The notes below the pieces were generated by a model that was given only the letters and a program-made list of their open reading frames with translations, had not been told where the DNA came from and ran no database searches. This document shows positions 48,323 to 57,542 of a stretch of 64,000 nucleotides of DNA, in pieces. The stretch spans positions 20,955-84,954 of the forward strand of contig CAVSRW010000017.1 of assembly GCA_963730405.1 (NCBI GenBank), written 5' to 3'. Every line of letters starts with the position of its first letter. Position 1 is the stretch's first letter. Position numbers and translations under genes: made by a program. This stretch comes from an uncultured Gaiellaceae bacterium (GTDB lineage Bacteria; Actinomycetota; Thermoleophilia; Gaiellales; Gaiellaceae).

Positions 48323-48661
48323 TTACTTGACGCGGATTCGCTGACCGACCGTGAGAGCCACGGGGTCGACTTCCGGGTTGAGGACGAGCAGCTGCTCGAC
48401 CGTCGTGTCGTGCTCGTCGGCGATCACCGCGAGCGTGTCGCCCGGCTGGATCTCGTAGAACTCGGCTCCGGCCGCGCTCGTCGTCGTGGCCGTCGTGCCG
48501 GGCTCGGTCGTGGCCGGCGCCGTCGTGGCCGCCGTGGTCGTGGCCGGCGGCGTCGACTCGCCGTTCTCGAGCCCGGAGCGAACGAGCAGGATCGCGATCG
48601 TGGCAGCGGCGAGGAAGGCGGCGGGCGCCGCGAACCGCGCGAGCCGGGCGTGGCCCCGCAT
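48323..48661 (-). CDS. LysM-domain protein with N-terminal TM anchor and Thr/Ala-rich linker
   Basis: YEIQPGDTLAVIADEHDTTVEQLLVLNP..VGQRIRV is a LysM domain. The ATG overlaps the pyrF stop (TGATG). Confidence 0.85.
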   Translation of the reverse strand: MRGHARLARFAAPAAFLAAATIAILLVRSGLENGESTPPATTTAATTAPATTEPGTTATTTSAAGAEFYEIQPGDTLAVIADEHDTTVEQLLVLNPEVDPVALTVGQRIRVK

Positions 48662-49569
48662 CACCAGCCCGAGACCGACCAGACCTCGGAGCGCAGCCGA
48701 GCCGCCTCGGCGCCGGCCGCGGCACGCCAGTCCTCGTTGCCGCCGCGGTACGCGAAGATCACCGAGCGCGACGCCGTCACGAGCGCGCTGGCCGGCCCGC
48801 TCGTGAACGCGCGCGCCACGTCGGCGGGGCTCGCGCCCTGCGCGCCGACGCCCGGGAGCAGCAGGACGGCGCGCGGCAGCAGCCGCCGCGCCTCGGTGAC
48901 CGCCCTCGGCGCCGTCGCGCCGACCACGGCACCCACGCTCGAGAGGCCCCGCTCGCCCGTGAGCTCCGCGCCCCACTCGCCCACGAGCTCGGCGACGTGC
49001 TGCCACACGCGGCGGCCGTCCGAGAGGGTCAGCTCCTGGACGTCGCCGGCGCCGGCATTCGAGGTGCGCACGAGGCAGAAGATGCCCGCCCCGTGCAGGC
49101 GGCACGCCTGCAGGAACGGCTCGACGGAGTCGCCGCCGAGATAGGTGTTGACGGTGAGCGCGTCCGCGAGCGGCTCCCGCTCGTCGCGCGGCTCCAGGAA
49201 CGCGGTCGCGTACGCGCGCGCGGTCGAGCCGATGTCCCCGCGCTTGCCGTCCGCGATCACGAGCAGTCCGGCCGCCCGCGCGTAGTCGCAGACCCGCTCG
49301 AAGGCGGCGATCCCGTCGCCGCCGAGCTCCTCGAAGAAGGCGACCTGCGGCTTCACGGCGACGACGTACGGCGCGACGGCGTCGACGATCCCGCAGCAGA
49401 AGCGGGCGTACGCGCCGGCCGCCTCGGCACGGCCGAGCACCGCCTCGCCGCGCAGCTCGACGGGGAGCAGGTCGAGCCGTGGATCGAGCCCGACAACGAG
49501 CTGGCTGCGCTTGCGCTCCACGGCCTCCGCGAGCCGGTCGGCGAAGGTCGCGGTGGCAACGGAGGCCAT
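48661..49569 (-). CDS. pyrF: orotidine 5'-phosphate decarboxylase (type 2)
   Basis: LVVGLDP..VKPQVAFFE..IADGKRGDIGSTA. Confidence 0.92.
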   Translation of the reverse strand: MASVATATFADRLAEAVERKRSQLVVGLDPRLDLLPVELRGEAVLGRAEAAGAYARFCCGIVDAVAPYVVAVKPQVAFFEELGGDGIAAFERVCDYARAAGLLVIADGKRGDIGSTARAYATAFLEPRDEREPLADALTVNTYLGGDSVEPFLQACRLHGAGIFCLVRTSNAGAGDVQELTLSDGRRVWQHVAELVGEWGAELTGERGLSSVGAVVGATAPRAVTEARRLLPRAVLLLPGVGAQGASPADVARAFTSGPASALVTASRSVIFAYRGGNEDWRAAAGAEAARLRSEVWSVSGW

Positions 49570-49578
49570 GGGCCAAGA

Positions 49579-51210
49579 CTAGGCAGCGCGGCGGAGCTCT
49601 GCCAGAGGCAGCACGCGCAGCTCGGGCGGCGGCCGGCGCAGGAACGAGCCGATCAGCAGCAGCTCGTCGGCGTCGGCAGGACCCAGCGACGGTTCCGCCC
49701 GCGCGACGTCGGCAAGCCCTGACTCCGCCTCGGTGCGGCCGGCGTCGCCGGCGAGCAGCGTCCGCGCCGCCGCGATCCGGCCGCCGGCGACGAAGTACGC
49801 GCGCTGGAAGCCGTCCTCGCGGGCCGGCACGAGAAGGCAGAGCTCGAGCGCCCGGAGCCGGTCGAGCTCGGCGAGCGACGCGGCGACGTCCTCGAGTGCG
49901 GCGATCCGGTCGCGGAGCCGGGCTGCGTCCTCGAAGCGGAGGTCGGCGGAGAGCCGCCGCAGGCGATCCCGCAGCGCCGGCAGAGCTGCCGCCGGCTCCC
50001 GTTCCCAGTCGCCGAGCGCCCGCGCGGCCGCCTGGGCCCGGCGGCGGCTCTTGAGCGGGCCGTACGGGCCCGGGACGTCGGTGACGCACCAGCCGGCGCC
50101 GCGGCGGCGGAGGTAGACGTAGCGATCCGGCCTGGCGCTGCGGGCGTTCGCGGGCGGACGCAGCTCGCGCAGCAGCCGCAGCTCCTCGAGCCCGGCCTCG
50201 AGCTCCGAGCCGAGCACGCGCCACTCGACCCGCTCGAGCGCGCCGAGCGCAGCCTCCACGGCGGGGCGCTGCCGGTCGGTGCGAAAGTACGAGCGCAGCC
50301 GGGCGCGGAGGTCGCGGGCCCGGCCGACGTAGAGGACCTGGTCGTTCCGGTCGCGGAAGAGGTAGACGCCGGGCTGCGGCGGCGCATCCGCGACGAGCGA
50401 CCGCTTGCCGGCGAGCCGCCGCGCCCTCGGTGCGGAGAGGTCGACGAGCTGCGCCACCGTCGCGGCGCCGCGCTCCTGGGCGAGCCCGATCAACGCCAGC
50501 AGGATCTCGGCCGTCGCCTCCGCGTCCGCGAGCGCGCGGTGGCACGGACGCGTCGCGGTGCCGAAGAAGTAGGCCAGCGAGGCGAGCCCGACCCGCTTCA
50601 GCCGACCCTCGAGGAGCCGCCGCGCGAGCCAGACGGTGTCGACGACCGGCGCGGCTACACGCCGACCCGTCAGCCGCTCGACCTCGCGGTCGAGGAAGCC
50701 CATGTCGAAGCGCGCGTTGTGGGCGACGAGCACGGCGTCGCCGGCGAACTCGAGAAACCGGCGGACGGCGAGGTCGACCGGCGGCGCACCGCGGAGCGCA
50801 AGCGGATCGATCCCGGTGAGGGCAGCGATGGGAGCCGGCAGCGGCCGGCGCGGGTTGACGAGCGTCTCGAACCGGGCCTCGAGCTCGAGCCCGCGCACCC
50901 GGACGGCGCCGATCTCGCAGATCGCGGACGAGCCCGGAGAGAGCCCGGTCGTCTCGAGGTCGAAGACCACGTACGTCGCGGACTCGACCGCGGTCGCCGC
51001 GCCGGGCGCCTCGGCGAGCCCAACGCTCGCGCCGCGCCACGCGAGCCGCGCGTCGCCGTCGACGACGTCCGCGAGCAGCGATCTGGCCAGCCCGACCGGG
51101 ACGTGCCGGAGCGCGTAGAGCGCCTGCGCCGCGTCCTCGGCCGGCACGGGCCCGTGCCGGGCCTGGACGAGCTCCACCAGCCGGTCGGCGGCGTCGAACG
51201 AGAGCTGCAT
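49579..51210 (-). CDS. DEDDh 3'-5' exonuclease (DnaQ-like) fused to a GIY-YIG (UvrC/Cho-like) nuclease domain
   Basis: VVFDLETTGL..AHNARFDMGFL..HRALADAEA (DEDDh), then PGVYLFRD..VLYVGRARDLRARL (GIY-YIG). Confidence 0.88.
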   Translation of the reverse strand: MQLSFDAADRLVELVQARHGPVPAEDAAQALYALRHVPVGLARSLLADVVDGDARLAWRGASVGLAEAPGAATAVESATYVVFDLETTGLSPGSSAICEIGAVRVRGLELEARFETLVNPRRPLPAPIAALTGIDPLALRGAPPVDLAVRRFLEFAGDAVLVAHNARFDMGFLDREVERLTGRRVAAPVVDTVWLARRLLEGRLKRVGLASLAYFFGTATRPCHRALADAEATAEILLALIGLAQERGAATVAQLVDLSAPRARRLAGKRSLVADAPPQPGVYLFRDRNDQVLYVGRARDLRARLRSYFRTDRQRPAVEAALGALERVEWRVLGSELEAGLEELRLLRELRPPANARSARPDRYVYLRRRGAGWCVTDVPGPYGPLKSRRRAQAAARALGDWEREPAAALPALRDRLRRLSADLRFEDAARLRDRIAALEDVAASLAELDRLRALELCLLVPAREDGFQRAYFVAGGRIAAARTLLAGDAGRTEAESGLADVARAEPSLGPADADELLLIGSFLRRPPPELRVLPLAELRRAA

Positions 51211-51224
51211 GTCTGGAGCCTAAG

Positions 51225-51238
51225 CGAACATATGTTCG
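51225..51238. promoter_or_regulatory. LexA SOS box (CGAAC-N4-GTTCG)
   Basis: gCGAACATATGTTCGc is a perfect palindrome 15 nt upstream of the exonuclease/GIY-YIG ATG. Confidence 0.8.
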
Positions 51239-51254
51239 CATGCAACGACAAAGA

Positions 51255-51281
51255 GAAGGCCGCGACGCCTGCGCGGCCTTC
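51255..51281 (-). terminator. intrinsic terminator of hup
   Basis: GAAGGCCGCG-7 nt-CGCGGCCTTC forms a 10-bp stem 26 nt downstream of the hup stop. On the minus strand it is followed by UCUUUGUCGUU. Confidence 0.7.
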
Positions 51282-51306
51282 CCGATCTTCCGTGGAGCCG
51301 TACGGG

Positions 51307-51588
51307 CTAGCCGCCCTTGACCGCCGCCTTCAGCTGGCTGCCTGCCGAGAACTTCGGCACGGTCGCAGCCGGGATGTGCACCTTCTGGCTTGGATTACGG
51401 GGATTGACGCCCTCGCGCGCGGCGCGCTCGCTCGTCGAGAACTTCCCGAAGCCGGTGAACGTGATCGTGTCGCGCTTCTTGAGCGCGTCGGTCACCGTGT
51501 CGAGGACCGCTTCCACCGCGGCGCCCGCGTCGCGGCGGGAGAGATTCGCCCTGGACGCGACGGCGTCTACGAACTCCTGTTTTGTCAC
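51307..51588 (-). CDS. hup: HU-family DNA-binding protein
   Basis: MTKQEFVDAVA..FTGFGKFSTSERAAREGVNPRNP. AAGGAG SD lies upstream of the GTG start. Confidence 0.95.
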   Translation of the reverse strand: MTKQEFVDAVASRANLSRRDAGAAVEAVLDTVTDALKKRDTITFTGFGKFSTSERAAREGVNPRNPSQKVHIPAATVPKFSAGSQLKAAVKGG

Positions 51589-51671
51589 TTGCCACTCCTT
51601 TTCTTCGGGGACGTACGGAAACCCGCGGCCACCCTAACAGCAGGATCGGACTGCCTCAACGCTTCACTGGC

Positions 51672-52223
51672 TCAACCATGCGGATTTTGGGCGCTCGGAG
51701 CGACGCCCGTCAGCTCCGCCGCACGGTAGAGGGACCGCAAGCGCACGCCCAGCCGGGCCAACTCGTCGGCCCCGCCCTCCTCGCGGTCGACGACGCAGAT
51801 CGCGTTCCGGACGACGACGCCGGCCTCGCGGAGCGCCGCCACGGCCTCGGCGAGCGCGCCGCCCGACGTGACCACGTCCTCGATCAGGCAGACGAGCTCG
51901 CCGGCCTCGAACGGCCCCTCGATGCGGTTCGCGGTCCCGTACTCCTTCGCGCTGTCGCGGACGATCACGAACGGCAGGCCGGACGAGAGCGAGGCTGACG
52001 CCGCGAGCGCGACGGCGCCGAGTGCGGGCCCCGCCAGGCGGGCCGCCTCGGGTTCGTGCTCCCGCACCGCGGCGGCGAGCCGCTCGCCGAGCGGGCCCAG
52101 CAGCTCCGGCAGCGTCTCGAAGCGGTACTTGTCGAGGTAGTAGCTCGACCGGCGCCCCGAGCGGAGCTGGAAGTCGCCTTCCAGCAGCGCGTGCTCGCGC
52201 AGCTTGACCCCGAGCTCGTCCAC
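51672..52223 (-). CDS. pyrE: orotate phosphoribosyltransferase
   Basis: FQLRSGRRSSYYLD..VCLIEDVVTSGGA (PRPP loop). Confidence 0.92.
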   Translation of the reverse strand: MDELGVKLREHALLEGDFQLRSGRRSSYYLDKYRFETLPELLGPLGERLAAAVREHEPEAARLAGPALGAVALAASASLSSGLPFVIVRDSAKEYGTANRIEGPFEAGELVCLIEDVVTSGGALAEAVAALREAGVVVRNAICVVDREEGGADELARLGVRLRSLYRAAELTGVAPSAQNPHG

Positions 52224-52400
52224 TCAGAGCGCCCGGCGCGCGAGCGCGAGGAGGCGGTCGGCCTCCGGTGCGCCGCTCGTCAGCGTGACGGCCGAGCCGT
52301 CGTCGAAGTGAAGGTGGACGCGCTCGCGCCGCGCTTCGCGGCGGCGTCGCAGGTAGAGCGGCCCCGCGACGAGCAGCAGCAGCCCGACGACCCTACGCAT
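52224..52400 (-). CDS. small membrane-anchored protein (58 aa)
   Basis: MRRVVGLLLLVAGPLYLRRRRE.. Its ATG overlaps the upstream stop by 8 nt, and its stop directly abuts the pyrE GTG. Confidence 0.45.
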   Translation of the reverse strand: MRRVVGLLLLVAGPLYLRRRREARRERVHLHFDDGSAVTLTSGAPEADRLLALARRAL

Positions 52401-52797
52401 CAGGGACCTCCTGCTTTCGCTTCGGCGCGCGGCGCCTCGGCTTCGGCTTCTTCCGCGACTCGGCGACCGCGCGCAGGCAGGCGCCGAGGTCGTAGAGGAC
52501 GAGTCCCGAGGATGGGTTCGGGCTCGTGCGGGCGACGATCGCGAGGCCACCCTCCGTGAGGGTGAAGACGCTGCCTTCGCGGAGCGCGACCTCGAGCCGG
52601 CTGACGCCGCGCGCCTCGGTGCCGAAGGCCGATCGGGCGGCCTCGAGCAGCTCCGTGCCCGCTCGCGCGAGGCGCTCGGCGCCGCTTTCGGCGGTCAGCG
52701 TCGAGGCGAGAACGGCACCCTGCTCGTCGACGACGACGGCGGCCTCGACCTGCGAGGAGACCTCGGTCAGATCGGCGAGAGCGGACGCGGCATCCAC
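52393..52797 (-). CDS. roadblock/LC7 (MglB-like) domain protein with a basic C-terminal tail
   Basis: LADLTEVSSQVEAAVVVDEQGAVLAST..LEVALREGSVFTLTEGGLAIVARTSPNPSSGLVLYDL follows the Robl_LC7 pattern. The tail is KKPKPRRRAPKRKQ. GTG start with GGGAG upstream. Confidence 0.6.
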   Translation of the reverse strand: MDAASALADLTEVSSQVEAAVVVDEQGAVLASTLTAESGAERLARAGTELLEAARSAFGTEARGVSRLEVALREGSVFTLTEGGLAIVARTSPNPSSGLVLYDLGACLRAVAESRKKPKPRRRAPKRKQEVPDA

Positions 52798-52819
52798 ATG
52801 CGAGACGATACTCCCGACC

Positions 52820-53635
52820 GTGCCCAAGCCGTTGGCGCAACCCCTGGCCAAGTTCTTCGCCGACCGAGGCACCCACCTCGCGGCGATGATCGCCTACTTC
52901 GGCCTCCTCTCCTCGGTCTCGCTGATCTTCCTCGCGCTCGCAGTGCTCGGCTGGACGGGCCGCGCGGAGGAGTCGAGCTACTTCGTCGAGGCCCTCGACC
53001 ACCTGTTCCCCTCCCAGTCGATCGAGAGCATCGTCAAGGTCGTGCAGGAGATCCGCGAGAACGCCACGGCGCTGGGCGTGATCGGCGGGTCCTTCCTCCT
53101 CTGGACGTCGCTCTCGCTCTTCAGCGTGCTCGAATCGGCCTTCAACATCGTCTACGACCGGCCGAACCGCTCTTTCCTGCACGGGAAGTTCCTCGCGACG
53201 CTGTTCATGGCGGGCTCGATCATCGCCCTCGCAACGGGGCTCGTGATCGGCGGCTTCGGCTACGACCTGCTCCAGCGGTTCGCGGGTGGCGTGATCGCGA
53301 ACCCGATCGTCGCGTACGCGCTCTCGGCCTTCGTCTCGACCCTGTCCGTCTTCCTCTTCCTCGTGCTCGCGTACGAGCGGCTGACGAATGCGTCACTGAG
53401 CCTGCGCGAGGTCTGGCCGGGAGCCCTGCTCGCCGCGGTGCTCCTGCAGGTGACGTTCCAGATCCTGCCCCTCTTCGTCCGGCTCTCCCGCGAGGTCGTC
53501 GCCGTGCAGGCGCTCGGAACCTCGGCGCTGCTCCTGGTCTGGATCTACGTGATGTCGAACGTGATCGTCTTCGGTGCCGAGGTGAACTGGTGGTACGGCC
53601 GCCGCCAGGAGGAGGAGATCGCCGGCCTGGCCTGA
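52820..53635 (+). CDS. YihY/BrkB-family membrane protein
   Basis: HLAAMIAYFGLLSSVSLIFL..LESAFNIVYD..LVWIYVMSNVIVFGAEVN. Confidence 0.85.
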   Translation: MPKPLAQPLAKFFADRGTHLAAMIAYFGLLSSVSLIFLALAVLGWTGRAEESSYFVEALDHLFPSQSIESIVKVVQEIRENATALGVIGGSFLLWTSLSLFSVLESAFNIVYDRPNRSFLHGKFLATLFMAGSIIALATGLVIGGFGYDLLQRFAGGVIANPIVAYALSAFVSTLSVFLFLVLAYERLTNASLSLREVWPGALLAAVLLQVTFQILPLFVRLSREVVAVQALGTSALLLVWIYVMSNVIVFGAEVNWWYGRRQEEEIAGLA

Positions 53636-53721
53636 TCAGCCGTGGCCGCCGCGGCCCTGCCGGGGCCAGGACCCCACAGGTCCGGGACGGACGTCGTGGG
53701 TCCTGGCCCCGACACGTTCGT

Positions 53722-54270
53722 TCAGGACAGGGCTGCGCGGAGCGCGGCGGCGGCGCGGGCCCGGTGCGAGTTGCTCCGCTTCCACGCGTCGCCGAGCTCG
53801 GCCACCGTCCGCTCCTCCCCGACCGGGACGAAGATCGGGTCGTAGCCGAAGCCCTCGTCGCCGCGGCGCCCCGTCGCGATCGACCCCTCGAGCGTTCCCG
53901 TCCCGCGCCGCTCCTCGCCGCCCGGGCCGAGCGCGACGAGCTCGCAGACGTAGCGGGCGCGGCGGTCGCTGACACCCTCGAGCTCGGCGAGCAGCTGCGC
54001 GACGCCGTCCTCGGCCCAGCGGGCGGACGCGATGCCCGGCCCGCCGCCGAGTGCGGCGACCTCGATCCCCGAGTCCTCGCCCAGGACCCAGCCGTCCCGT
54101 GCCTGCTCCCGGCCGAAGGCGGCCTTGATCCGCGCGTTGTCGGCGTACGTGGCCCCGTCCTCGGGCGGGTACGGACGATCCGTGGCCAGCAGCTCGAGCT
54201 CCCAGCCCGACAGCGCGGCCCGCAGCTCCTCGAGCTTGTGCGCGTTCCCCGACGCCAGGAGCGCCCTCAC
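53722..54270 (-). CDS. rdgB: non-canonical purine NTP (dITP/XTP) pyrophosphatase
   Basis: LASGNAHKLEEL..EDSGIEV..GFGYDPIF..SHR. GTGA overlap with mgtC. Confidence 0.88.
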   Translation of the reverse strand: MRALLASGNAHKLEELRAALSGWELELLATDRPYPPEDGATYADNARIKAAFGREQARDGWVLGEDSGIEVAALGGGPGIASARWAEDGVAQLLAELEGVSDRRARYVCELVALGPGGEERRGTGTLEGSIATGRRGDEGFGYDPIFVPVGEERTVAELGDAWKRSNSHRARAAAALRAALS

Positions 54271-54941
54271 GGACGCCACTGCACGCGCTCGACGTCGTCG
54301 AGCTTGTTGACCCCCACCGCCACCCGCGCCGACTCCGCTCGCCGCGACGCGCGCAGCGTCACGTCGATCGTCCGCTCGTCGCCGAACTCGACCTGGCTGA
54401 CCTCGCCGCCGAGCTCCTCGATCGCGGCGAGCACGCGGGTCGCCTCGCCCTCGGGCACGAGCTGAATCGCGAGCTCTGCCTCCTCCGGCCGCACCCGGGC
54501 GACGAGTCTCGTCGAGATCAGCTTCAGCGGCCCGAGCGAGATCAGGACGAGCAGCGCGGCGCCGACGCCGACCGCGTAGTAGCCGGTGCCGGCGGCCATC
54601 CCGATCGCGGCCACGACCCAGAGCGTCGCGGCGGTCGTCAGCCCGCGGACGGAGATGCCGCGGACGATGATCGCGCCGGCGCCGAGGAAACCGATCCCGG
54701 TCACGATCTGCGCCGCGATGCGGGTCGGGTCGAAGACGACGCCCTGCGGCGTCGAGAAGGTCCAGTCCGTCCAGGCGTAGGCGGAGACGAGCGTGAAGAC
54801 GCAGGCGCCGAGCGAGACCAACAGATGCGTGCGGAAGCCGGCCTCGTGGTCGCGCAGCTCGCGCTCGAGCCCGATCGCGCCGCCGAGCCCGGCCGCGACG
54901 AGCAGCCGCAGGAGCGCCTCGGCTGTCGAGAGCTCAGGCAC
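54267..54941 (-). CDS. mgtC: MgtC/SapB-family membrane protein with C-terminal ACT-like domain
   Basis: [46 protein letters not shown]. Confidence 0.85.
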   Translation of the reverse strand: MPELSTAEALLRLLVAAGLGGAIGLERELRDHEAGFRTHLLVSLGACVFTLVSAYAWTDWTFSTPQGVVFDPTRIAAQIVTGIGFLGAGAIIVRGISVRGLTTAATLWVVAAIGMAAGTGYYAVGVGAALLVLISLGPLKLISTRLVARVRPEEAELAIQLVPEGEATRVLAAIEELGGEVSQVEFGDERTIDVTLRASRRAESARVAVGVNKLDDVERVQWRP

Positions 54942-55647
54942 GCTCGGCCGCGACGGCCTCGTTCTGCGCGGCGACGATCTCCTCGATCCCTCCCGACGCG
55001 AGGTCGAGGAGGCCGTCGAGCTCGTCACGCGTGAACGGCTCGCGCTCGGCGGTCGCCTGCACCTCGACGAGGCGGCCGTCCGCCGTCATGACGACGTTCA
55101 TGTCCGTCTCCGCGCTCGAGTCCTCGGCGTAGTCGAGGTCGAGGACCGGCCGACCGTCGACGACGCCGACCGAGACGGCGGCGACCTGGCCGGTGAGCGC
55201 CTTCGAGAGCCCGAACCGGTCGAGGGCGCGGGAGGCGGCCACGTACGCGCCCGAGATCGCGGCGCAGCGGGTGCCGCCGTCGGCCTGGAGCACGTCGCAG
55301 TCGAGCCAGAGCGTCCGCTCGCCGAGCGCCTCGAAGTCGCAGACCGACCGCAGCGCGCGGCCGATCAGGCGCTGGATCTCGACGGTGCGGCCGCCCTGCT
55401 TGCCCTTGGCCGCCTCGCGCGCGACCCGCTCGCCGGTCGAAGCGGGCAGGAGCGAGTACTCGGCGGTCATCCAGCCCCGGCCGGAGCGGTAGAGCCAGCG
55501 CGGCACGCCCTCCTCGACCATCGCCGTGCAGAGGACGCGGGTCTTCCCCTGCGAGTAGAGGACGGATCCGTGCGCCTGCTCGAGCCAGTCGGGCACGAGC
55601 TCGAGCGGGCGGAGCTGGTCGTCGCGCTGGCGGCCGTCCGATCTCAC
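54934..55647 (-). CDS. rph: ribonuclease PH
   Basis: [50 protein letters not shown] overlap with murI. Confidence 0.93.
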   Translation of the reverse strand: MRSDGRQRDDQLRPLELVPDWLEQAHGSVLYSQGKTRVLCTAMVEEGVPRWLYRSGRGWMTAEYSLLPASTGERVAREAAKGKQGGRTVEIQRLIGRALRSVCDFEALGERTLWLDCDVLQADGGTRCAAISGAYVAASRALDRFGLSKALTGQVAAVSVGVVDGRPVLDLDYAEDSSAETDMNVVMTADGRLVEVQATAEREPFTRDELDGLLDLASGGIEEIVAAQNEAVAAERA

Positions 55648-56462
55648 GCGACCGCCTCGAGCGTCGCGAGCTCGACGTGCTCGACCTCCTCGATCGGCAG
55701 CTGCAGGAAGCGCCGGCCCATGGCGCGGAACGCGGCCGTGTCGCCGGTCGTGAGGAAGCCGTAGACGCCCTCGCGCGCCGGATCGTTCTCGATCCGCTTC
55801 CGCGCCAGAGTCTCCGCCACCTCGCGGGCGGTCTCGTCGGCCGAGAAGACGAGCGTGACGTCGCGCCCGAAGACACGCTGCAGGATCGGCCGGATCAGCG
55901 GGTAGTGCGTGCAGCCGAGGATGACGGTGTCGACGCCGGCCTCCTTCAGCGGGGCCGCGTACTCCCGCACCGCCGCGGCCGTCTCCTCGGCGAACGGATC
56001 GTCGCCCTCGATCAGGGGCACGAGGCGCGGGCAGGCGACCGGGAAGACCTCGACGCCGGCGTCGAGCGCCCGCACGAGCGCCTCGTAGCGGCCGCTCGAG
56101 ACCGTCGCCTGCGTCGCGAGCAGCCCGATCCGGCGGTTGCGCGTCGCCTGCACGGCCGCGTGCGCCTCCGGCGCGATCACCCCGACGACGGGGACGCCGA
56201 GCTCGGTCTGCAGCTGCGGCAGCGCCGCCGCCGTGGCCGAGTTGCACGCGACGACGACGAGCTTGACGCCGCGCGCCTCGAGGAAGGAGCCGATCTCGCG
56301 CGCGAAGCGGCGCAGCTCGTCGAGCGGCCGCGGCCCGTAGGGCAGGCGCGCGCCGTCGCCGAGGTAGACGAAATCCTCGTGCGGCAGCGTGACCAGGCAC
56401 TCGTGCAGCACCGTCAGGCCGCCGACCCCCGAGTCGAACACGCCGATCGGCCGCTCGTCCAT
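55644..56462 (-). CDS. murI: glutamate racemase
   Basis: [27 protein letters not shown]. Confidence 0.95.
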   Translation of the reverse strand: MDERPIGVFDSGVGGLTVLHECLVTLPHEDFVYLGDGARLPYGPRPLDELRRFAREIGSFLEARGVKLVVVACNSATAAALPQLQTELGVPVVGVIAPEAHAAVQATRNRRIGLLATQATVSSGRYEALVRALDAGVEVFPVACPRLVPLIEGDDPFAEETAAAVREYAAPLKEAGVDTVILGCTHYPLIRPILQRVFGRDVTLVFSADETAREVAETLARKRIENDPAREGVYGFLTTGDTAAFRAMGRRFLQLPIEEVEHVELATLEAVA

Positions 56463-56521
56463 CTGCGGGATTGTAGGGAGCTAGGGCGTCGGAGCGCTCC
56501 CGGCTCGGTAGGCTCGCGCGG

Positions 56522-57186
56522 GTGAAGGTACTCGCGCTCACGCACGGCGACGACGTCGGTCCAGGCGTCTTCGAGGATGCGATTCGCGCCGCCGGGCACG
56601 AGCTCGTCGAGCGCAACGTCGCCCGCGAGAGCATCGCCGACGAGCCGGCCGACGCGGTGATCGTGCTCGGCGGAGCGATGCACCCCGATCAGGACGATCA
56701 CCATCCTGGCTTCGCCCCGAGCTGCGCTTCCTCGAGGAGCGGCTCGAGCACGGGACGCCCCTCCTCGGCGTCTGCCTCGGCTCGCAGTTGCTGGCCCGCG
56801 CCGCCGGCGCGCGAGTCTTCCGGGCGGCGGAGCCCGAGATCGGCTGGTTGCCGGTCGAGGTCACGGAGGCCGCGGAGTCCGATCCGGTCGCGGCGTCGCT
56901 GCCGGAGTCCTTCGACGCCTTCCAGTGGCACAGCTACACGCACGAGCTCCCGGCCGGAGCCGTCGAACTGGCCCGCAGCCGTGTCTGCACGCAGGCGTGG
57001 CGTCTCGGCAGCGCCTGGGGCGTCCAGTTCCACCCCGAGGTGCGGGCCGACCAGGTCGAGTCGTGGCTCGCGCAGGAGCCGGACGAGGTGCCCGACCCGG
57101 CCGGGTTCCTGGCGGCGACGCGCGAGCGGATCGAGGACTGGAACGCGCTCGGCCGCCGGCTCTGCGCCGCCTTCCTCGCCGCCTAG
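56522..57186 (+). CDS. class I glutamine amidotransferase-like protein, frame-disrupted (missing nucleotide at about 56706)
   Basis: [35 protein letters not shown] lies in one frame. It continues as [37 protein letters not shown] in the -1 frame. The length is 665 nt, which is 222 codons minus 1. Confidence 0.8.
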
Positions 57187-57542
57187 CCCGTCTCTGCGGC
57201 CAGCGCGTCGTCGCGCGACCACTCGTGCCAGGAGCCGCGATAGTTCGCGGCCCGGTAGCCGAGCGACGTGAGGATCTGCGCGGCGAGCTCGGAGCGGGAG
57301 CCGGAGTGGCAGTAGGTGACCAGCTCGACATCTTCCTGCGGCCCGAGCCGCTCCCGGATCTCGTCGGGCGTCAGCGCGAGCAGGACTTGCAGGTCGAAGT
57401 GCCGCGCGCCGGGGATCCGCCCCGGCCTCGGGTCGCACGGCGCAGCGATCTCGCCCCGGTACTCGCGGTCGCTGCGCACGTCGAGGACGACGAACCCGTC
57501 CTCGCCGAGCCGGCGGACGACCGCGTCGAGCTCTACATCCAT
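57183..57542 (-). CDS. rhodanese-like sulfurtransferase
   Basis: VVLDVRSDREY..GRIPGARH..YCHSGSRS (active-site CxxxxxR loop). Confidence 0.88.
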   Translation of the reverse strand: MDVELDAVVRRLGEDGFVVLDVRSDREYRGEIAAPCDPRPGRIPGARHFDLQVLLALTPDEIRERLGPQEDVELVTYCHSGSRSELAAQILTSLGYRAANYRGSWHEWSRDDALAAETG

